Positions 26,915 to 37,823 of a DNA stretch of 64,000 nucleotides are shown here, piece after piece. Source of the stretch: Candidatus Eiseniibacteriota bacterium (lineage in GTDB: Bacteria; Eisenbacteria; RBG-16-71-46; CAVPCR01); assembly GCA_963702435.1 (NCBI GenBank), contig CAVPCR010000005.1:288001-352000 (forward strand), read 5' to 3'. The position numbers and the translations under genes were made by a program. The stretch's first letter is position 1, and each line of letters begins with the position of its first letter. The notes beneath the pieces are model-generated. The model did not search any database, was not told the origin of the DNA, and saw only the letters and a program-made list of their open reading frames with translations.

Positions 26915-28480
26915 CTAGGCCCGCGCCTCGATCGCGCGGAGGATCTCGGGGCGGAGCCCCGGCCACTTGGTGAGGTACGCCCGCCGCTCCTCCTTCATCC
27001 GGTTGACGAGCGCCTTGTACTCGTCCATCCGCCCCTGCCGCTGGTAGAGCTCGCGCGGCCGGAGGAGATCCGCATCCTCGGCGGCGATCCCCGGCACCGA
27101 CTTCGCCACCTCGTAGCCGAAGTCCGGATCGCGCTCCCACTGGATCGTGTCCTCGGCGATCGCCTTCACGACGGCGCTCGAGTGCGGGATCTTGACCTTC
27201 TTCGAGCGCTCGTCGCCGTCGGGGCCGCCGACCCGCCCCGTGTTCATGAGATAGACCGTGAGCGGGTTCCGCTCGAGGAGCTCGACCATGCGGTTTCCCT
27301 GCATGGCGTGGAGCAGCGGGAAGAAGGGATTGGTCCCCGGCACGCGGAGCGACTTGCCGGCTTCCTCGGCGCCGCCGGCCGAGGTGCCCTTGGTCTCGCC
27401 GAGCATGAAGTAGGCGGCCGCCTGCTCCTTGTCGAGCCGCGCCACCGCCGGGATCAGGTTCTCGTTGCGGTTCAGGATGAGGAGGATGTGCGCGCGCGGG
27501 ATCGCCCGCGTATCGGCCGCCCCCTCCACCTTCGCCATCGGGAAGACCGAGCGCCCGTTCGGCGTGTAGCTCGTGTCGAAGAAGTCGACCTTGCCTTGGG
27601 CGTCCTGCGACACGTTCTCGAGGTAGGCCTCGGGCTGGGTCACCGCCGCGTGGATCGTGGGCTCGAACTGCGGATCGAGGCCGAAGGTCTTCGCGAAGCA
27701 GCCGTTCTCGGTGGCCACCACGCTGCCGTCGGGCATGAGCGCCACGAAGTCGTCCTGCACCGGCGAGGAGCCGTTCTGGCGCGTGAAGGTGGTGGTCGTC
27801 TTCCCGGTGCCGGAGAGCCCGACGATGAGCGCGACCTTCTCGCTGCCGCCGGCCGGGATGATCTTGCACCCGGCGTGGAGGGCGATGCCGCCGCGGTCAT
27901 AGATGATCTTGTTCCACATGCGAAGGCCACCCTTCTTCGACTCGCCGAAGTAGTCGGAGTTGAAGACGCGGGTCCGCATGTGATCGAGGTCGACGGCGAT
28001 CAGGCGCTCGTTCGGATAGCCGTGGGCGCCGAAGTTCGGGGTGTAGATGACCGTCACCTGCGGCTCGAAGCCGTCGCGCTCGGACTGGGGCACCGGATAG
28101 AAGAGGATCTGCTGCATCGCCGCGATGTTGGCGTTCGCCTTCTCGATGATGAGGCGCGCCGGCGTGCGATACGCGGGTGTGTTCCCGATGTAGCCCTCGA
28201 TGACGAGCATCTCCTGGTGGCGGATGTACTCGTCCTGGAGCCGCGCCATGCGCTCGCCCTCGCCCCGCGAGATCGTCTGATCGGAGTGCTCCTCGGGCCG
28301 GTCGGTCACCACGTAGGTGGAAGCCTTGGAGCGGGACACCACCTTGGTCTGGACATTCAGGTTGTTGAAGAGCGTCCAGCGCGCGTTGGGCATCTCGGCG
28401 GCGTAGTCGCGGAGTTCGGCGGGCGAGGGATTCCAGATCGTGCGCGCCGGAGCGACCGGCAACGACTTGAGGCTCGGCAT
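26915..28480 (-). CDS. pckA: phosphoenolpyruvate carboxykinase (ATP)
   Basis: YFGESKKG, LHAG, GLSGTGKTT, QDD, ENGCFAKT and MNTG. Confidence 0.9.
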   Translation of the reverse strand: MPSLKSLPVAPARTIWNPSPAELRDYAAEMPNARWTLFNNLNVQTKVVSRSKASTYVVTDRPEEHSDQTISRGEGERMARLQDEYIRHQEMLVIEGYIGNTPAYRTPARLIIEKANANIAAMQQILFYPVPQSERDGFEPQVTVIYTPNFGAHGYPNERLIAVDLDHMRTRVFNSDYFGESKKGGLRMWNKIIYDRGGIALHAGCKIIPAGGSEKVALIVGLSGTGKTTTTFTRQNGSSPVQDDFVALMPDGSVVATENGCFAKTFGLDPQFEPTIHAAVTQPEAYLENVSQDAQGKVDFFDTSYTPNGRSVFPMAKVEGAADTRAIPRAHILLILNRNENLIPAVARLDKEQAAAYFMLGETKGTSAGGAEEAGKSLRVPGTNPFFPLLHAMQGNRMVELLERNPLTVYLMNTGRVGGPDGDERSKKVKIPHSSAVVKAIAEDTIQWERDPDFGYEVAKSVPGIAAEDADLLRPRELYQRQGRMDEYKALVNRMKEERRAYLTKWPGLRPEILRAIEARA

Positions 28481-28780
28481 CGAGAACGCTCCTCCAGGGA
28501 TGCCACCGCGGCTGGGCCGATTCGAGCGCCAGCCGCGAGCGGGGTTCCGGACGTGATCGCTTGGTTGACGAGCGGGGGGGCCGCGGCGGCCGTGCCGGGA
28601 GAAAACCGGTCCTCAAGTGCCGCGGACCTCGGACCAGTGTATAGACCCGCCCCCGGGTTGCCTAGGCCGTTCCGCAGCCCGGCAGGGCAAGACCGCACGC
28701 GACCGCGCGGGTCCGCGGCCGGCTGCGGCCGCCCCGTCGTGTGGAGTGGGCGCCCGGCGCCGGTGCGCTATGATGGGCTC

Positions 28781-30583
28781 ATGCTGGATCCCGTTCGCCC
28801 GCGCCGCTCCGCTGCCGGCGCGCTCCCCATCGCCGCCGTCGCTCTCGCCGCGGGCTGCGCCCTCGCCGCGTTCGCGATCCCCGCCGCCGCCGGCATCCGC
28901 TTCGACTTCGAGCCGCGCGTCTTCGCCCCGCTCGATCACTACGTCAAGGACCACGCGATCCTCCGCGCCGGCGACCGCTACCATCTGATCTACACGACGG
29001 GCACCGACTCGCTCGGGCGCTGGATGCAACCGGGGAACGAGGTGCACTTCGGCCACGCCACCTCGCTCGATCTCCGCCACTGGACGATCGAGCCGCCGTG
29101 CCTCGCCGGCCCCCGCGCACCGTGGGAGGCCAGGAACCGCTGGGCCCCGGACCTCGTCCAGCTCCCGGGCGGCGCCTATCGTCTCTATTACACTGGCGTC
29201 AACGAGCGCATCGCGCAGGCGATCGGCATCGCCGAGAGCCCGGACCTCGCGCCCGGCGCCGTCGCCTTCACGCCGCTCGCGGCGAATCCGGTCTTCCGTC
29301 CCGACACGAGCTGGGCGCAATGGGACGAGAAGAGCTGGAGCAACGGGCGCGATCCATGCGTGGTCGAGCACGCGGGCGCGGTCTGGCTCTGCGTGACCGC
29401 GACCCACAAGGACGGGCGCGGGGCGCTCGCCCTCGCCCGCTCGACCGACGGCGGCCGGACGTTCGTCGACCAGGGGCCGCTCCTGCTCGGGGAGAAGGGC
29501 GAGGCGATCGAGTCGCCGGAGCTCGTGCTCCTCGACGGGCGCTGGTTCCTGCTCACGAGCTCGGATCGCCGCGGCGGCACCTGGGTGCTCGAGGCCCCGG
29601 CCCTCACCGGCCCCTGGGACTACGCGAAGCGCGTGCGCTGGCTCGAGAGCATCGCCCCCGAGGTGTGGTCCGACGGGGGCGACTGGTGGATCTCGACGCA
29701 TCAGAGCTACCGCCTCGTGCACGATCCCCGGTTTCGCGACCGCCGCCTCTATCTCATCGGTTTCGATCGGCTGGCGGTCGAACCCGCGGGGCTCGCGATC
29801 GTGGCCGAGAACGGTCTCGGTGACGACTGGCCGATCGTCGAGGGCGACGCTTTCACCGCGCAGCCGACCCTCGGCGACAACCCGGCCGCGCGCGGCGAGC
29901 CGGCGGCGGGCATGGTCGGACGCGGCTATCTCGCCTCGGGCGAGCGCTTCACGTGGCCGCCCGAGCGGCCGGGCGAGAGCCGCGGGTACGCGGCCACCGG
30001 GCGCGTCCGCTCGCGCCCCTTCGTCCTCCGGGGGGCGACCATGAGCCTCCTCGTCGGCGGCACGGCCGGGATCGAATCCACGTATGTCGCGCTCCGCCGC
30101 GTGGCGGACGGCGAGATCCTCTTCCGCGAGACGGGCCGCGGCGAGACGCGGATGGACGAGCGGGTGTGGGCGATCGCCGAGCTCGAGGGCACCACGGTCG
30201 AGATCGAGATCGCCGATCTCGATCCCGGCGGCCGCATCAACGTGGACGAGATCGTCGAGCATGACGGCCCCGCCGGCACGGCGGCCGCCGAGCTGGTCGC
30301 CGGGGCACCGAATCCGTTCCGCGATGCGATCGCGCTCAGCGTGAGCACGCAGAACGCACCGCCGGGTACGCTGCCGGATGCGCTCACGATCGCGATCCAC
30401 GATGTCGCGGGCCGGCGCGTGCGCACGCTCGCCGTGCCGGCGGGCGAGGCGAGCGGCAGCACGCGCAAGATCGTGTGGGACGGCCGGAACGACGCCGGCG
30501 CCCCGGTGGCGGGCGGCGTCTACTTCGCGCGGCTCACGGCCGCGGGGCGGGAGTCGGTCGTCCGCCTCGTGCGCACGCCGTGA
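28781..30583 (+). CDS. secreted five-bladed beta-propeller glycoside hydrolase (GH32/GH43-like) with FlgD-Ig CTD
   Basis: signal peptide; KDH, FGHATSLDL, WAPD, GRDP and ESP clan GH-F/J motifs; PNPF...WDGRN...GGVYF CTD. Confidence 0.75.
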   Translation: MLDPVRPRRSAAGALPIAAVALAAGCALAAFAIPAAAGIRFDFEPRVFAPLDHYVKDHAILRAGDRYHLIYTTGTDSLGRWMQPGNEVHFGHATSLDLRHWTIEPPCLAGPRAPWEARNRWAPDLVQLPGGAYRLYYTGVNERIAQAIGIAESPDLAPGAVAFTPLAANPVFRPDTSWAQWDEKSWSNGRDPCVVEHAGAVWLCVTATHKDGRGALALARSTDGGRTFVDQGPLLLGEKGEAIESPELVLLDGRWFLLTSSDRRGGTWVLEAPALTGPWDYAKRVRWLESIAPEVWSDGGDWWISTHQSYRLVHDPRFRDRRLYLIGFDRLAVEPAGLAIVAENGLGDDWPIVEGDAFTAQPTLGDNPAARGEPAAGMVGRGYLASGERFTWPPERPGESRGYAATGRVRSRPFVLRGATMSLLVGGTAGIESTYVALRRVADGEILFRETGRGETRMDERVWAIAELEGTTVEIEIADLDPGGRINVDEIVEHDGPAGTAAAELVAGAPNPFRDAIALSVSTQNAPPGTLPDALTIAIHDVAGRRVRTLAVPAGEASGSTRKIVWDGRNDAGAPVAGGVYFARLTAAGRESVVRLVRTP

Positions 30584-30639
30584 CTTCGCGCCGCGGCGCT
30601 CGCGCCGGGCGCCCCGCCGCGCTCCACGGACCGCTCTGC

Positions 30640-32904
30640 CTACGGCGCCGCGCGCTTCCGCGCGATGAGCGGCGGGGCCGGCGGCACCGCGGTCGGATCG
30701 GGAGCCGTTGCCGGCGGATCGTAGATCGCGCCGTCGAGGAGCTTGACCATCGGTGATCCCTGCGCGCGCCACTCCCCCCGCCCGATCACGGCCGGCTCCT
30801 CGCCCTCGAAGACGAGATAGCCGTACTTCCGGTAGTGCGGGAGCTTCCGCCCGAGCCCGGGGAGCGCGCCGGGCGTGTCGGTGATGACGACGACCCAGGC
30901 CTCCTCCGGATCCACCTCGCTCGTGACTGCGGCCACCGCCGTGCACCCGGTGCGCGCGTAGGTCTGGCCGCCGAGCCGGAGCGAATCGCTCGCGAAGGGG
31001 TCGAGCGCCCGCGCCTGGCGCGAAAGCGCCGCCGCCACGCGCGGGCGGAGACTGTTCGATTCGCCGAGCAGCCACACCGCGCGACCGGCGAGGTCCGCTT
31101 CGGTCACCGCCTTGTCTTCACGCACCTCCACCGTTCCGGGCGCCGCCCCCATGAAGCTCTCGGCGAAGCTCCGGTACGCGGCGGCGAGCGGGGCCGGCTC
31201 TGCGGCCGGCACGACGACGAGCGTGCGCTCGGCGCCGAACGCCTGTCCGAGCGAGGGCGGGATCTCGGTCCGGTCGAGCCGCCGGAACACGTCGAAGCTC
31301 GGGTCGAGCGCGATCCCGAGCGGCTCGCGCGCGAGATCGAGAATGAGTGTCGTCACCGTGTCGGCGAGGCTCACCATGGTGACTTCCGGCGCCCGGGAAC
31401 CGGCCATCAGCACGGAGACCGGCACGTCGAGCCGATAGGCCGGCACCCCCTGGCGGATCTCGACCTCGAGTCTGAATCCGTCCGGCATCGGCGTCACGCG
31501 CGGCTCTCCGAGGAGGAGCTCGGGCGCTCCGCTCCACGTCACCCACTGGGCGAAGTAGTCGCTCAGGTCGAAGCCCGATACGCCCTCGAAGACCTGCCGC
31601 ACCTCGCCCCAGCTCGCCCGCTTGAATCGCTGCGTCTCGGCCAGCCGGCGGAGCCCGGCGCGAAACGCGTCATCGCCGATCTGGAGGCGCAGCATGTGGA
31701 AGGTCATCATGGCCTTCCCGTAGCCGACCGCCTGCGTGATCGGGTCGTTGCGCGAGCGGAAGCTCGAGAGCGGGATGTCCTTTCCCCCGCGCACGAAGTC
31801 GCGATAGGCCTGCAGCGTCGCGCGCCGATACTCGACGCCCTGACCATCCTGCTCCTTGTAGAGATGATCGGCCAGATACGTGGTGAGCCCCTCGCACCAG
31901 TTCCCCTTCTCCCAGTCCACGTACACCGAGTTGCCGTACCAGTTGTGCACGATCTCGTGGCCGTAGGAGGTCGAGACGATGAACGGGAGGCGGATGACCC
32001 GATCGCCGAGCAGGGTGAACGAGGGCATCCCGAATCCGGTCTGCCAGAAGTTCTCGACGAGCGCGAACTTCTTGAACGGATAGGGCCCGAGGAGATCCCG
32101 GTAGAGGTCGAGGTAGTCGGCGGTGGCCCCGAGATAGCGCTCGGCGAGCTCCGGGTCGTCCGCATAGAGGAAGGTCTGGATGAGCACGCCGGAATGATCG
32201 CGCTCGGTCACGACATAGCGCCCGGCGATCAGGTAGATCTCCTCCTGCGGATGGTCGCAGGTCCAGGTCTCGATCGTCGCGCCGCTGCTCGCCGGGGCGC
32301 GCGCCACCACGCCCTGGCTCATCGAACGATAGCCGGGCGGGAGCTCGGCGGCGACCCGGAAGCCGAAGAGAGAGCCCGGATAGTCGGGCACCCAGGCGCT
32401 CGACCCGGCGAGGAAGATACCGAGCGAGTCGACGAGGCCGTTCGAATCCTCGAAGCTCCGGGCGTACTCCTGCTCGGGAGCTGCGGGGCGATCGTCGATC
32501 ACTCCGGCATAGCTCACCTCGAGGACCGCGTTCCCGGCACGGCGCGGCGGCAGATCGAGGCGGACGAAGCGGGCCGGCGCACCGCCCCAGTCGGACATCC
32601 GGACCGTGGTGTCCGGATCGACGAAGGCCACGGCCTTGCCGTCGAGCCGGATCGACTCGAGCACGAGCGACCGCGCGAGGAAGAAACCCGCCGGCAGCGT
32701 GTCGGTGCGCGCCGGCGCGCCGAGCGTCATGCGATCGGTGGCGCGGAGGCGGCGCGCGGCGAGGTCGAAAGACACCGTGACGTCGTGGCGCGCGATGGAC
32801 GCGACGGCCGGAGCCGGCCGGGCGGCGGCGACGACGAGAGCGAAGAGACAGAGCATTGCGCGAATCACGCGCCCGCTGGCACGCGCTTCCATGGTCGCCT
32901 TCAT
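30640..32904 (-). CDS. secreted M1-family aminopeptidase
   Basis: GFGMP exopeptidase motif, HEIVH-x18-E zinc motif, YGKA. Confidence 0.85.
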   Translation of the reverse strand: MKATMEARASGRVIRAMLCLFALVVAAARPAPAVASIARHDVTVSFDLAARRLRATDRMTLGAPARTDTLPAGFFLARSLVLESIRLDGKAVAFVDPDTTVRMSDWGGAPARFVRLDLPPRRAGNAVLEVSYAGVIDDRPAAPEQEYARSFEDSNGLVDSLGIFLAGSSAWVPDYPGSLFGFRVAAELPPGYRSMSQGVVARAPASSGATIETWTCDHPQEEIYLIAGRYVVTERDHSGVLIQTFLYADDPELAERYLGATADYLDLYRDLLGPYPFKKFALVENFWQTGFGMPSFTLLGDRVIRLPFIVSTSYGHEIVHNWYGNSVYVDWEKGNWCEGLTTYLADHLYKEQDGQGVEYRRATLQAYRDFVRGGKDIPLSSFRSRNDPITQAVGYGKAMMTFHMLRLQIGDDAFRAGLRRLAETQRFKRASWGEVRQVFEGVSGFDLSDYFAQWVTWSGAPELLLGEPRVTPMPDGFRLEVEIRQGVPAYRLDVPVSVLMAGSRAPEVTMVSLADTVTTLILDLAREPLGIALDPSFDVFRRLDRTEIPPSLGQAFGAERTLVVVPAAEPAPLAAAYRSFAESFMGAAPGTVEVREDKAVTEADLAGRAVWLLGESNSLRPRVAAALSRQARALDPFASDSLRLGGQTYARTGCTAVAAVTSEVDPEEAWVVVITDTPGALPGLGRKLPHYRKYGYLVFEGEEPAVIGRGEWRAQGSPMVKLLDGAIYDPPATAPDPTAVPPAPPLIARKRAAP

Positions 32905-32915
32905 GCGTGTTCCTT

Positions 32916-35696
32916 CTAGCGGGCCACGGCCGTGATCAAGGGGGCCGGGGCGAAGTAGGCGGCCGCCACGCGGCGCACGTCCGCGGCGGTCACCTGAGTG
33001 AGCGATGGGACCTGGCCGGCTGCGGCGCCGGACGGCGCGGTCCACAGCGCATCCAGACAGAGATTCATGGCCTGGTTGATCCGGCTCACGCGCCGCATGC
33101 GGAGCCGCCCGACGTGGCTCTTCACCACTTTGGTCACTTCCGCGGCGGCAACATCGCCGGCGGCGAGTCCGCGGATCCCGTCGGCGAGCCCGGCCTCCGC
33201 GCGCGGCAGGTTCTCGGGACGAGTGCCCATGCCCGCCGCGATCCAGCCGCGATCGCCCCGCTGGCCGTACTGAGCGCCGATCGCATAGGCGAGCCCCTGC
33301 CGCTCGCGCAGCTCGAACGCCAGGCGGTCGGAGAGAATGAGGCTCGCCACCTCGAGCGCAGCTCCGTCGCCGGGCGCCACCGGAAAGACGCTGCCGACCC
33401 GGATCCACGACTGCTCGCGCCCGACGGTCGTTTCCTCGCGCGCGGGGGCGGCGGTGGGCACCGGCACGAGATCGGCGGCCGTGACGCAGGGGGTGCCGCG
33501 CTCACCCGGAGCGCGGCCGGGGGCCGCCTGTCCGAACGCGTCCCGCACCGCCGCCTCGACCACGCGCGGCTCGAGGCCGGTGACGACGGCGACGACCAGG
33601 TTTGCCGGGGCGAAGTAACGCTCGTGGAACGCGCGCACGTCGTCTGCCGTGGCGGGGGCTAGGTCGGCCGCGGTGCCGAGCGCCGGCATCGCGCCGCGCG
33701 AACCGGGATAGAACCCGCGGCGAAGGAGCCGCTGCGATTCCTCGCTCGCACTCCGCGCGCGCCGCTCGGCGAGCGGGATGGCCTCCTTCTGCGCCGCGGC
33801 GAGCGCATCTTCGCCGAGCGCCGGCGCGAAGATCATCGCGCCGAGGACCACCAGCGCCTCGCGGTAGAAGCGATCTGCCGTCTCCAGGCGCACGAAGGAG
33901 TACTCGGTCGTCGTCTGGTAGTCGTCGTACGGGATGCCGGGCGCGTCGGTGACCTTGATTTGGAGGCCGGCTCGATCGATCTCGCGCGCCAGCTCGCCTT
34001 CCGACCACGGTCCGGCGCCGAGGAGGAGCATGCGATGGAGGAGGTCGGCGAGGCCGGAACGGCCCGCGGGTTCGCAGTAGGAACGCCCGCGCGCCGCGAG
34101 GTGCACCGCGAAGACATCGGAGTCGGGATTCGCGGTGAGCACCACGGTGAGCCCGTTGTCGAGGACGAAGGTCGACGGCTCGTGGGCGATCGCGGTCCGC
34201 GGCGCCGCGGCAGGGCCGAGGCGCGACGCGCGCACCTCCATTTCATGCGGATCACCGCTGTTTTCTGCCGAAGCGAAGGCCGGCCGCCCTGCTGCCGGGG
34301 CGGCGAGGCGGCGAGGATCTCCCTCGACGGCCCGCGGTGCGAGCCCGGGGCCGACCGCCGCAAGCGCCGCTCCGTCGCCCGCAGTCATGAGCGCTCCGGC
34401 CGCCCGCTGCACATCGGGGGCGCCGACCCGCGCCAGGGCCGCGCCCTCTTCGCTGACCACGGCGAGCGGTGCGTGCAGGAGGAGATCGGCCAGGGTGAAG
34501 GCGAAGTAGTGGATCTGCTCGGCGGCGAGCGCCGCGCTCACCTCCCGCTGCGTGCGCGCGAGCGCGAGCTCCACCTCCGGCACCGGTGTCGCGGCCAGCG
34601 CGGCGACCGCGCCGAGCAGCCGCGCCGCCACCGCCTCGTAACTCGTGGTCGAGTCGAAGACCGCCTCGATCTCGAGCGCGCTCCGCCCCGGCCCCACGCG
34701 CAAGCCCGCCCCCACCTCGCTCACCGCGAGCCGCGGGGCGGCGGCGAGGGCGAGCGCGAGCCGTCCTGAATCGCCGTTCAGGAGGTCCTCGAGGACGCGG
34801 AGCGCGGCGAACGCGCTGTCCGCGGGCGCGGCTCCGGGCAGGCGGAGGCGCAGGTGGACCTGATCGAGAGGCGCGGCCGTGATGAAGACGCCGCCCGCGC
34901 GCGGCGCCGGCGCCGGCGCCGGCGCCGACCCGGCCGGGGCGCCGCCGAAGTGGCGCTCGACCGCGGCGAGGAGCGCGGCCGGCGCGAAATCGCCGAGCAC
35001 GAGGAGAGTCATGTTGGACGGCACATAGCAGGTCCGGTAGTAGGCGAGAACGTCGTCGCGCCGCATCGCCCGGATCGATTCGACCGTGCCGAGGATGGGC
35101 AGGGCGTCGGCGGTGCCGGCGGCCAGCAGCCGATCGAGCTCCTCGTTCGCGCGGCGGTCGGCGCTCGCGGCGTCCTTCCCCATCTCCTCGATGATGATGC
35201 CGCGCTCCTTCTCGAACTTGTCGGCGGGGAGCGTCGAGTTGAGCAGCATGTCGGCCTGGATCTCGAGCGCGGGATCGAGGTCCTCGCCGGCGACGACCAT
35301 GAGATAGGCGACATGATCGCGGCGCGCGGTGGCGTTCGAGTAGGCGCCGAGGAGGTCGGTGTCGCGGTAGAGCTCCTCCTGCGTGCGCTTCCCGGTGCCG
35401 TTGAACAGGAGGTGCTCGAGGAAGTGCGCGGCGCCGTTCATGCCCGCGGTCTCGCGCGCGGCGCCGGCGCCGACGAGCACCGCCGAGGCGATGAGGCCCG
35501 ACGCGTGGCTCTCGCCGTAGACGACCCGGAGGCCGTTCGCGAGGCGGGTCTCGGCGAGCTCGACGGCGCGGGCCGCCGCCGGCTGGAGACCGATGAGCAG
35601 GACGAGGAGAACGGCGGCCGGCGCTGCACCGCGGCGGCGTGCGGAGCGGGTGCCGGCGAGCAGGGAGAACATCATGGTCCGGGGAGTATGCGCCAC
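32916..35696 (-). CDS. secreted M16 (insulinase/pitrilysin) zinc peptidase
   Basis: AHFLEHLLF HxxEH motif, LANGL and LDNGL halves, LRERQGLAY. Confidence 0.9.
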   Translation of the reverse strand: MAHTPRTMMFSLLAGTRSARRRGAAPAAVLLVLLIGLQPAAARAVELAETRLANGLRVVYGESHASGLIASAVLVGAGAARETAGMNGAAHFLEHLLFNGTGKRTQEELYRDTDLLGAYSNATARRDHVAYLMVVAGEDLDPALEIQADMLLNSTLPADKFEKERGIIIEEMGKDAASADRRANEELDRLLAAGTADALPILGTVESIRAMRRDDVLAYYRTCYVPSNMTLLVLGDFAPAALLAAVERHFGGAPAGSAPAPAPAPRAGGVFITAAPLDQVHLRLRLPGAAPADSAFAALRVLEDLLNGDSGRLALALAAAPRLAVSEVGAGLRVGPGRSALEIEAVFDSTTSYEAVAARLLGAVAALAATPVPEVELALARTQREVSAALAAEQIHYFAFTLADLLLHAPLAVVSEEGAALARVGAPDVQRAAGALMTAGDGAALAAVGPGLAPRAVEGDPRRLAAPAAGRPAFASAENSGDPHEMEVRASRLGPAAAPRTAIAHEPSTFVLDNGLTVVLTANPDSDVFAVHLAARGRSYCEPAGRSGLADLLHRMLLLGAGPWSEGELAREIDRAGLQIKVTDAPGIPYDDYQTTTEYSFVRLETADRFYREALVVLGAMIFAPALGEDALAAAQKEAIPLAERRARSASEESQRLLRRGFYPGSRGAMPALGTAADLAPATADDVRAFHERYFAPANLVVAVVTGLEPRVVEAAVRDAFGQAAPGRAPGERGTPCVTAADLVPVPTAAPAREETTVGREQSWIRVGSVFPVAPGDGAALEVASLILSDRLAFELRERQGLAYAIGAQYGQRGDRGWIAAGMGTRPENLPRAEAGLADGIRGLAAGDVAAAEVTKVVKSHVGRLRMRRVSRINQAMNLCLDALWTAPSGAAAGQVPSLTQVTAADVRRVAAAYFAPAPLITAVAR

Positions 35697-35746
35697 GAAC
35701 GCCCTCCGCGGGAAGACGGGAACGCGGCCCGCGCGACCCGGTGGAT

Positions 35747-35775
35747 TTGACCGCCGTCTCCGGCTCCGCTAGGCT
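35747..35775 (+). promoter_or_regulatory. sigma70-type promoter for the ferritin-like gene
   Basis: TTGACC-N17-TAGGCT, followed by a ~165-nt leader. Confidence 0.5.
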
Positions 35776-35941
35776 CCCGGGTCCGTTGTTCCGCGGCGCC
35801 CGGCGCCGGCGGACCGCGCCGGGCGAGGATCGGCCGGCCCATCGCCGCGCGACGGAAGCGAGTCGCCCCCTCGCGCACAGGACGTGTGGCGCTCCGAGCA
35901 CCGGAGCGCCGGAGCACTACGGCCGCGAAAAGGAGAGCAGC

Positions 35942-36367
35942 ATGGCGAGCGCCAACCCCAAGATCGTCGATTGCCTGCACCAGATCTTCCAGGGCGAGAT
36001 GGCCGGCATCATCCGCTACCTGCACTACTCGTTCATGGTGATGGGGCACAGCCGCATACCGATCCAGCAGTGGTTTCGCGACCAGGCCCAGGAGAGCATG
36101 ACGCACGCGGTCCAGATCGGCGAGAAGATCACCGCGCTCGGCGGCCATCCCTCGGTCGTCTCGGCCCAGATCGAGGAGACCAACATGCACTCGGTCGACC
36201 AGATCCTCAATGAGAGCCTGGTGCACGAGGAGAAGGTCCTCGAGCTCTACAAGAAGCTCGCCAAGCTCGCCGGCGATGACATGGCCCTCGAGGACATGGC
36301 GCGCGGATTCGTCCGCCTGGAGACCGAGCACGTCGAGGAAGTGAAGAAGATGCTGCGCGGGAACTAG
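35942..36367 (+). CDS. bacterioferritin/ferritin-like di-iron protein
   Basis: AAGGAG RBS; E...ESMTH...E...ETEH ferroxidase pattern; KITALGGHP. Confidence 0.85.
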   Translation: MASANPKIVDCLHQIFQGEMAGIIRYLHYSFMVMGHSRIPIQQWFRDQAQESMTHAVQIGEKITALGGHPSVVSAQIEETNMHSVDQILNESLVHEEKVLELYKKLAKLAGDDMALEDMARGFVRLETEHVEEVKKMLRGN

Positions 36368-36464
36368 CTGCTGGTGGTTCCCGCGGGCAGGGCGGGGCGG
36401 CGCGGCGCGGGCGGGACGCCTCATCGCCGCCGGCTCGCGGCGGTGCGGTCAACGGCCGGCCGGC

Positions 36465-37823
36465 CTAGTCCTGGCCGTACGACTTGAGCTTCCGGTAGAG
36501 CGTCTTGCGGTCGAGCCCGAGCACGGTGGCCGCTTGTGTGCGGCTCCCCCCGGCCTCCTTGAGCACTTCGAGGATGTAGAGCCGCTCGAGCTCGGCGAGG
36601 GTCAGGTGGGCGACCGTCGCCCGCCCGATGAACGAACGCTCGCGGTCCTGGTTGCGGAGCCGCGGCGGCAGCGATTCGACCCCCACCTCGGGACCGTTGG
36701 CCAGCGCCAGCGCGTGCCGCATCACGTTGTCGAGTTCGCGCACGTTCCCGGGCCACGAGTAGTCGAGGAGAATGCGCCGCACGTCCGAGCTCAGCACCGG
36801 CGGCCGCGCGTTATGTTCGGCAGCGGCGCGGGTGAGGAGCTCCTCGGCGAGGAGCAGGATGTCCTCGCGCCGGTCCCTGAGCGGCGGCACCTCGATGTGC
36901 AGGACGCTCAGCCGGTAGTAGAGATCCTCGCGCAGGCGGCCCTCTCCCATCTCCTCCTCGGGGTTCCGGTTGGTGGCCGCGATGACCCGCACGTCCACCT
37001 TGGTCGCCTTGGACTGGCCGAGCGGGCGCACCTCACCGTCCTGCAGCACGCGGAGGAGCTTGGCCTGCAGCCCCGAGGACATCTCGGCCACTTCATCGAG
37101 GAAGACCGTGCCGCCGTGCGCGGCGGTGAACAACCCGCGCCGGTCGGTCTGCGCTCCGGTGAAAGCGCCGCGGATGTAACCGAACAGCTCGCTCTCGAGC
37201 AGCGTCTCCGGGATGGCGGCGCAGTTGATGGGCAGGAAAGGGGCCTCGGCGCGCGGGCTCGCCCCGTGGATGGAGCGGGCCACCACCTCCTTGCCGACGC
37301 CGCTCTCGCCGGTGATGAGCACGTTGGCGTTGGCCGCGGCCACCCGGCCGATGAGATCGCGGAGCCGGGCGACGGCGGGGCTCCGGCCGACGAGCCGGGC
37401 AGCCGCTCCTTCCTCGCCGAGCTTGCGGCGGAGCTCCCGCACTTCGTGCTCGAGCTCGCGGTGCTCGAGAGCGCGCCGGGCGGAGAGGGACAGCGCTTCG
37501 AGCGGAAACGGCTTCGTGATGTAGTCGACGGCGCCGAGCTTCATCGCCTTCACCGCCGAATCGAGCGTGCCGAAGGCGGTGATGATGATGATCGGGAGCT
37601 GCGGCCGGGCCCGCAGGAACTCGGGCAGCATGTCGGTCACCACCGTCTCTCCCAGACGCAGATCGGTGACCATGAGATCGCAGGGCGTGCGCTCGATATG
37701 ATGCAGCGCTTCCTCCGCGCTCAGAACGTAGGACGGCCTGAGCTTCTCGCGCGTCAGGTGCTCCGAGAGGAGAAGACACATCTCCTCGTCATCGTCGACG
37801 ATCAGGACGTCCCAGTTCGGCAC
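36465..37823 (-). CDS. sigma54-dependent NtrC-family response regulator (REC-AAA-Fis HTH)
   Basis: LIVDDD, GESGVGKE, ESELFG, GAFTGA, WPGNVREL and LYRKL; AGGAGG RBS before GTG 37823. Confidence 0.95.
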   Translation of the reverse strand: MPNWDVLIVDDDEEMCLLLSEHLTREKLRPSYVLSAEEALHHIERTPCDLMVTDLRLGETVVTDMLPEFLRARPQLPIIIITAFGTLDSAVKAMKLGAVDYITKPFPLEALSLSARRALEHRELEHEVRELRRKLGEEGAAARLVGRSPAVARLRDLIGRVAAANANVLITGESGVGKEVVARSIHGASPRAEAPFLPINCAAIPETLLESELFGYIRGAFTGAQTDRRGLFTAAHGGTVFLDEVAEMSSGLQAKLLRVLQDGEVRPLGQSKATKVDVRVIAATNRNPEEEMGEGRLREDLYYRLSVLHIEVPPLRDRREDILLLAEELLTRAAAEHNARPPVLSSDVRRILLDYSWPGNVRELDNVMRHALALANGPEVGVESLPPRLRNQDRERSFIGRATVAHLTLAELERLYILEVLKEAGGSRTQAATVLGLDRKTLYRKLKSYGQD

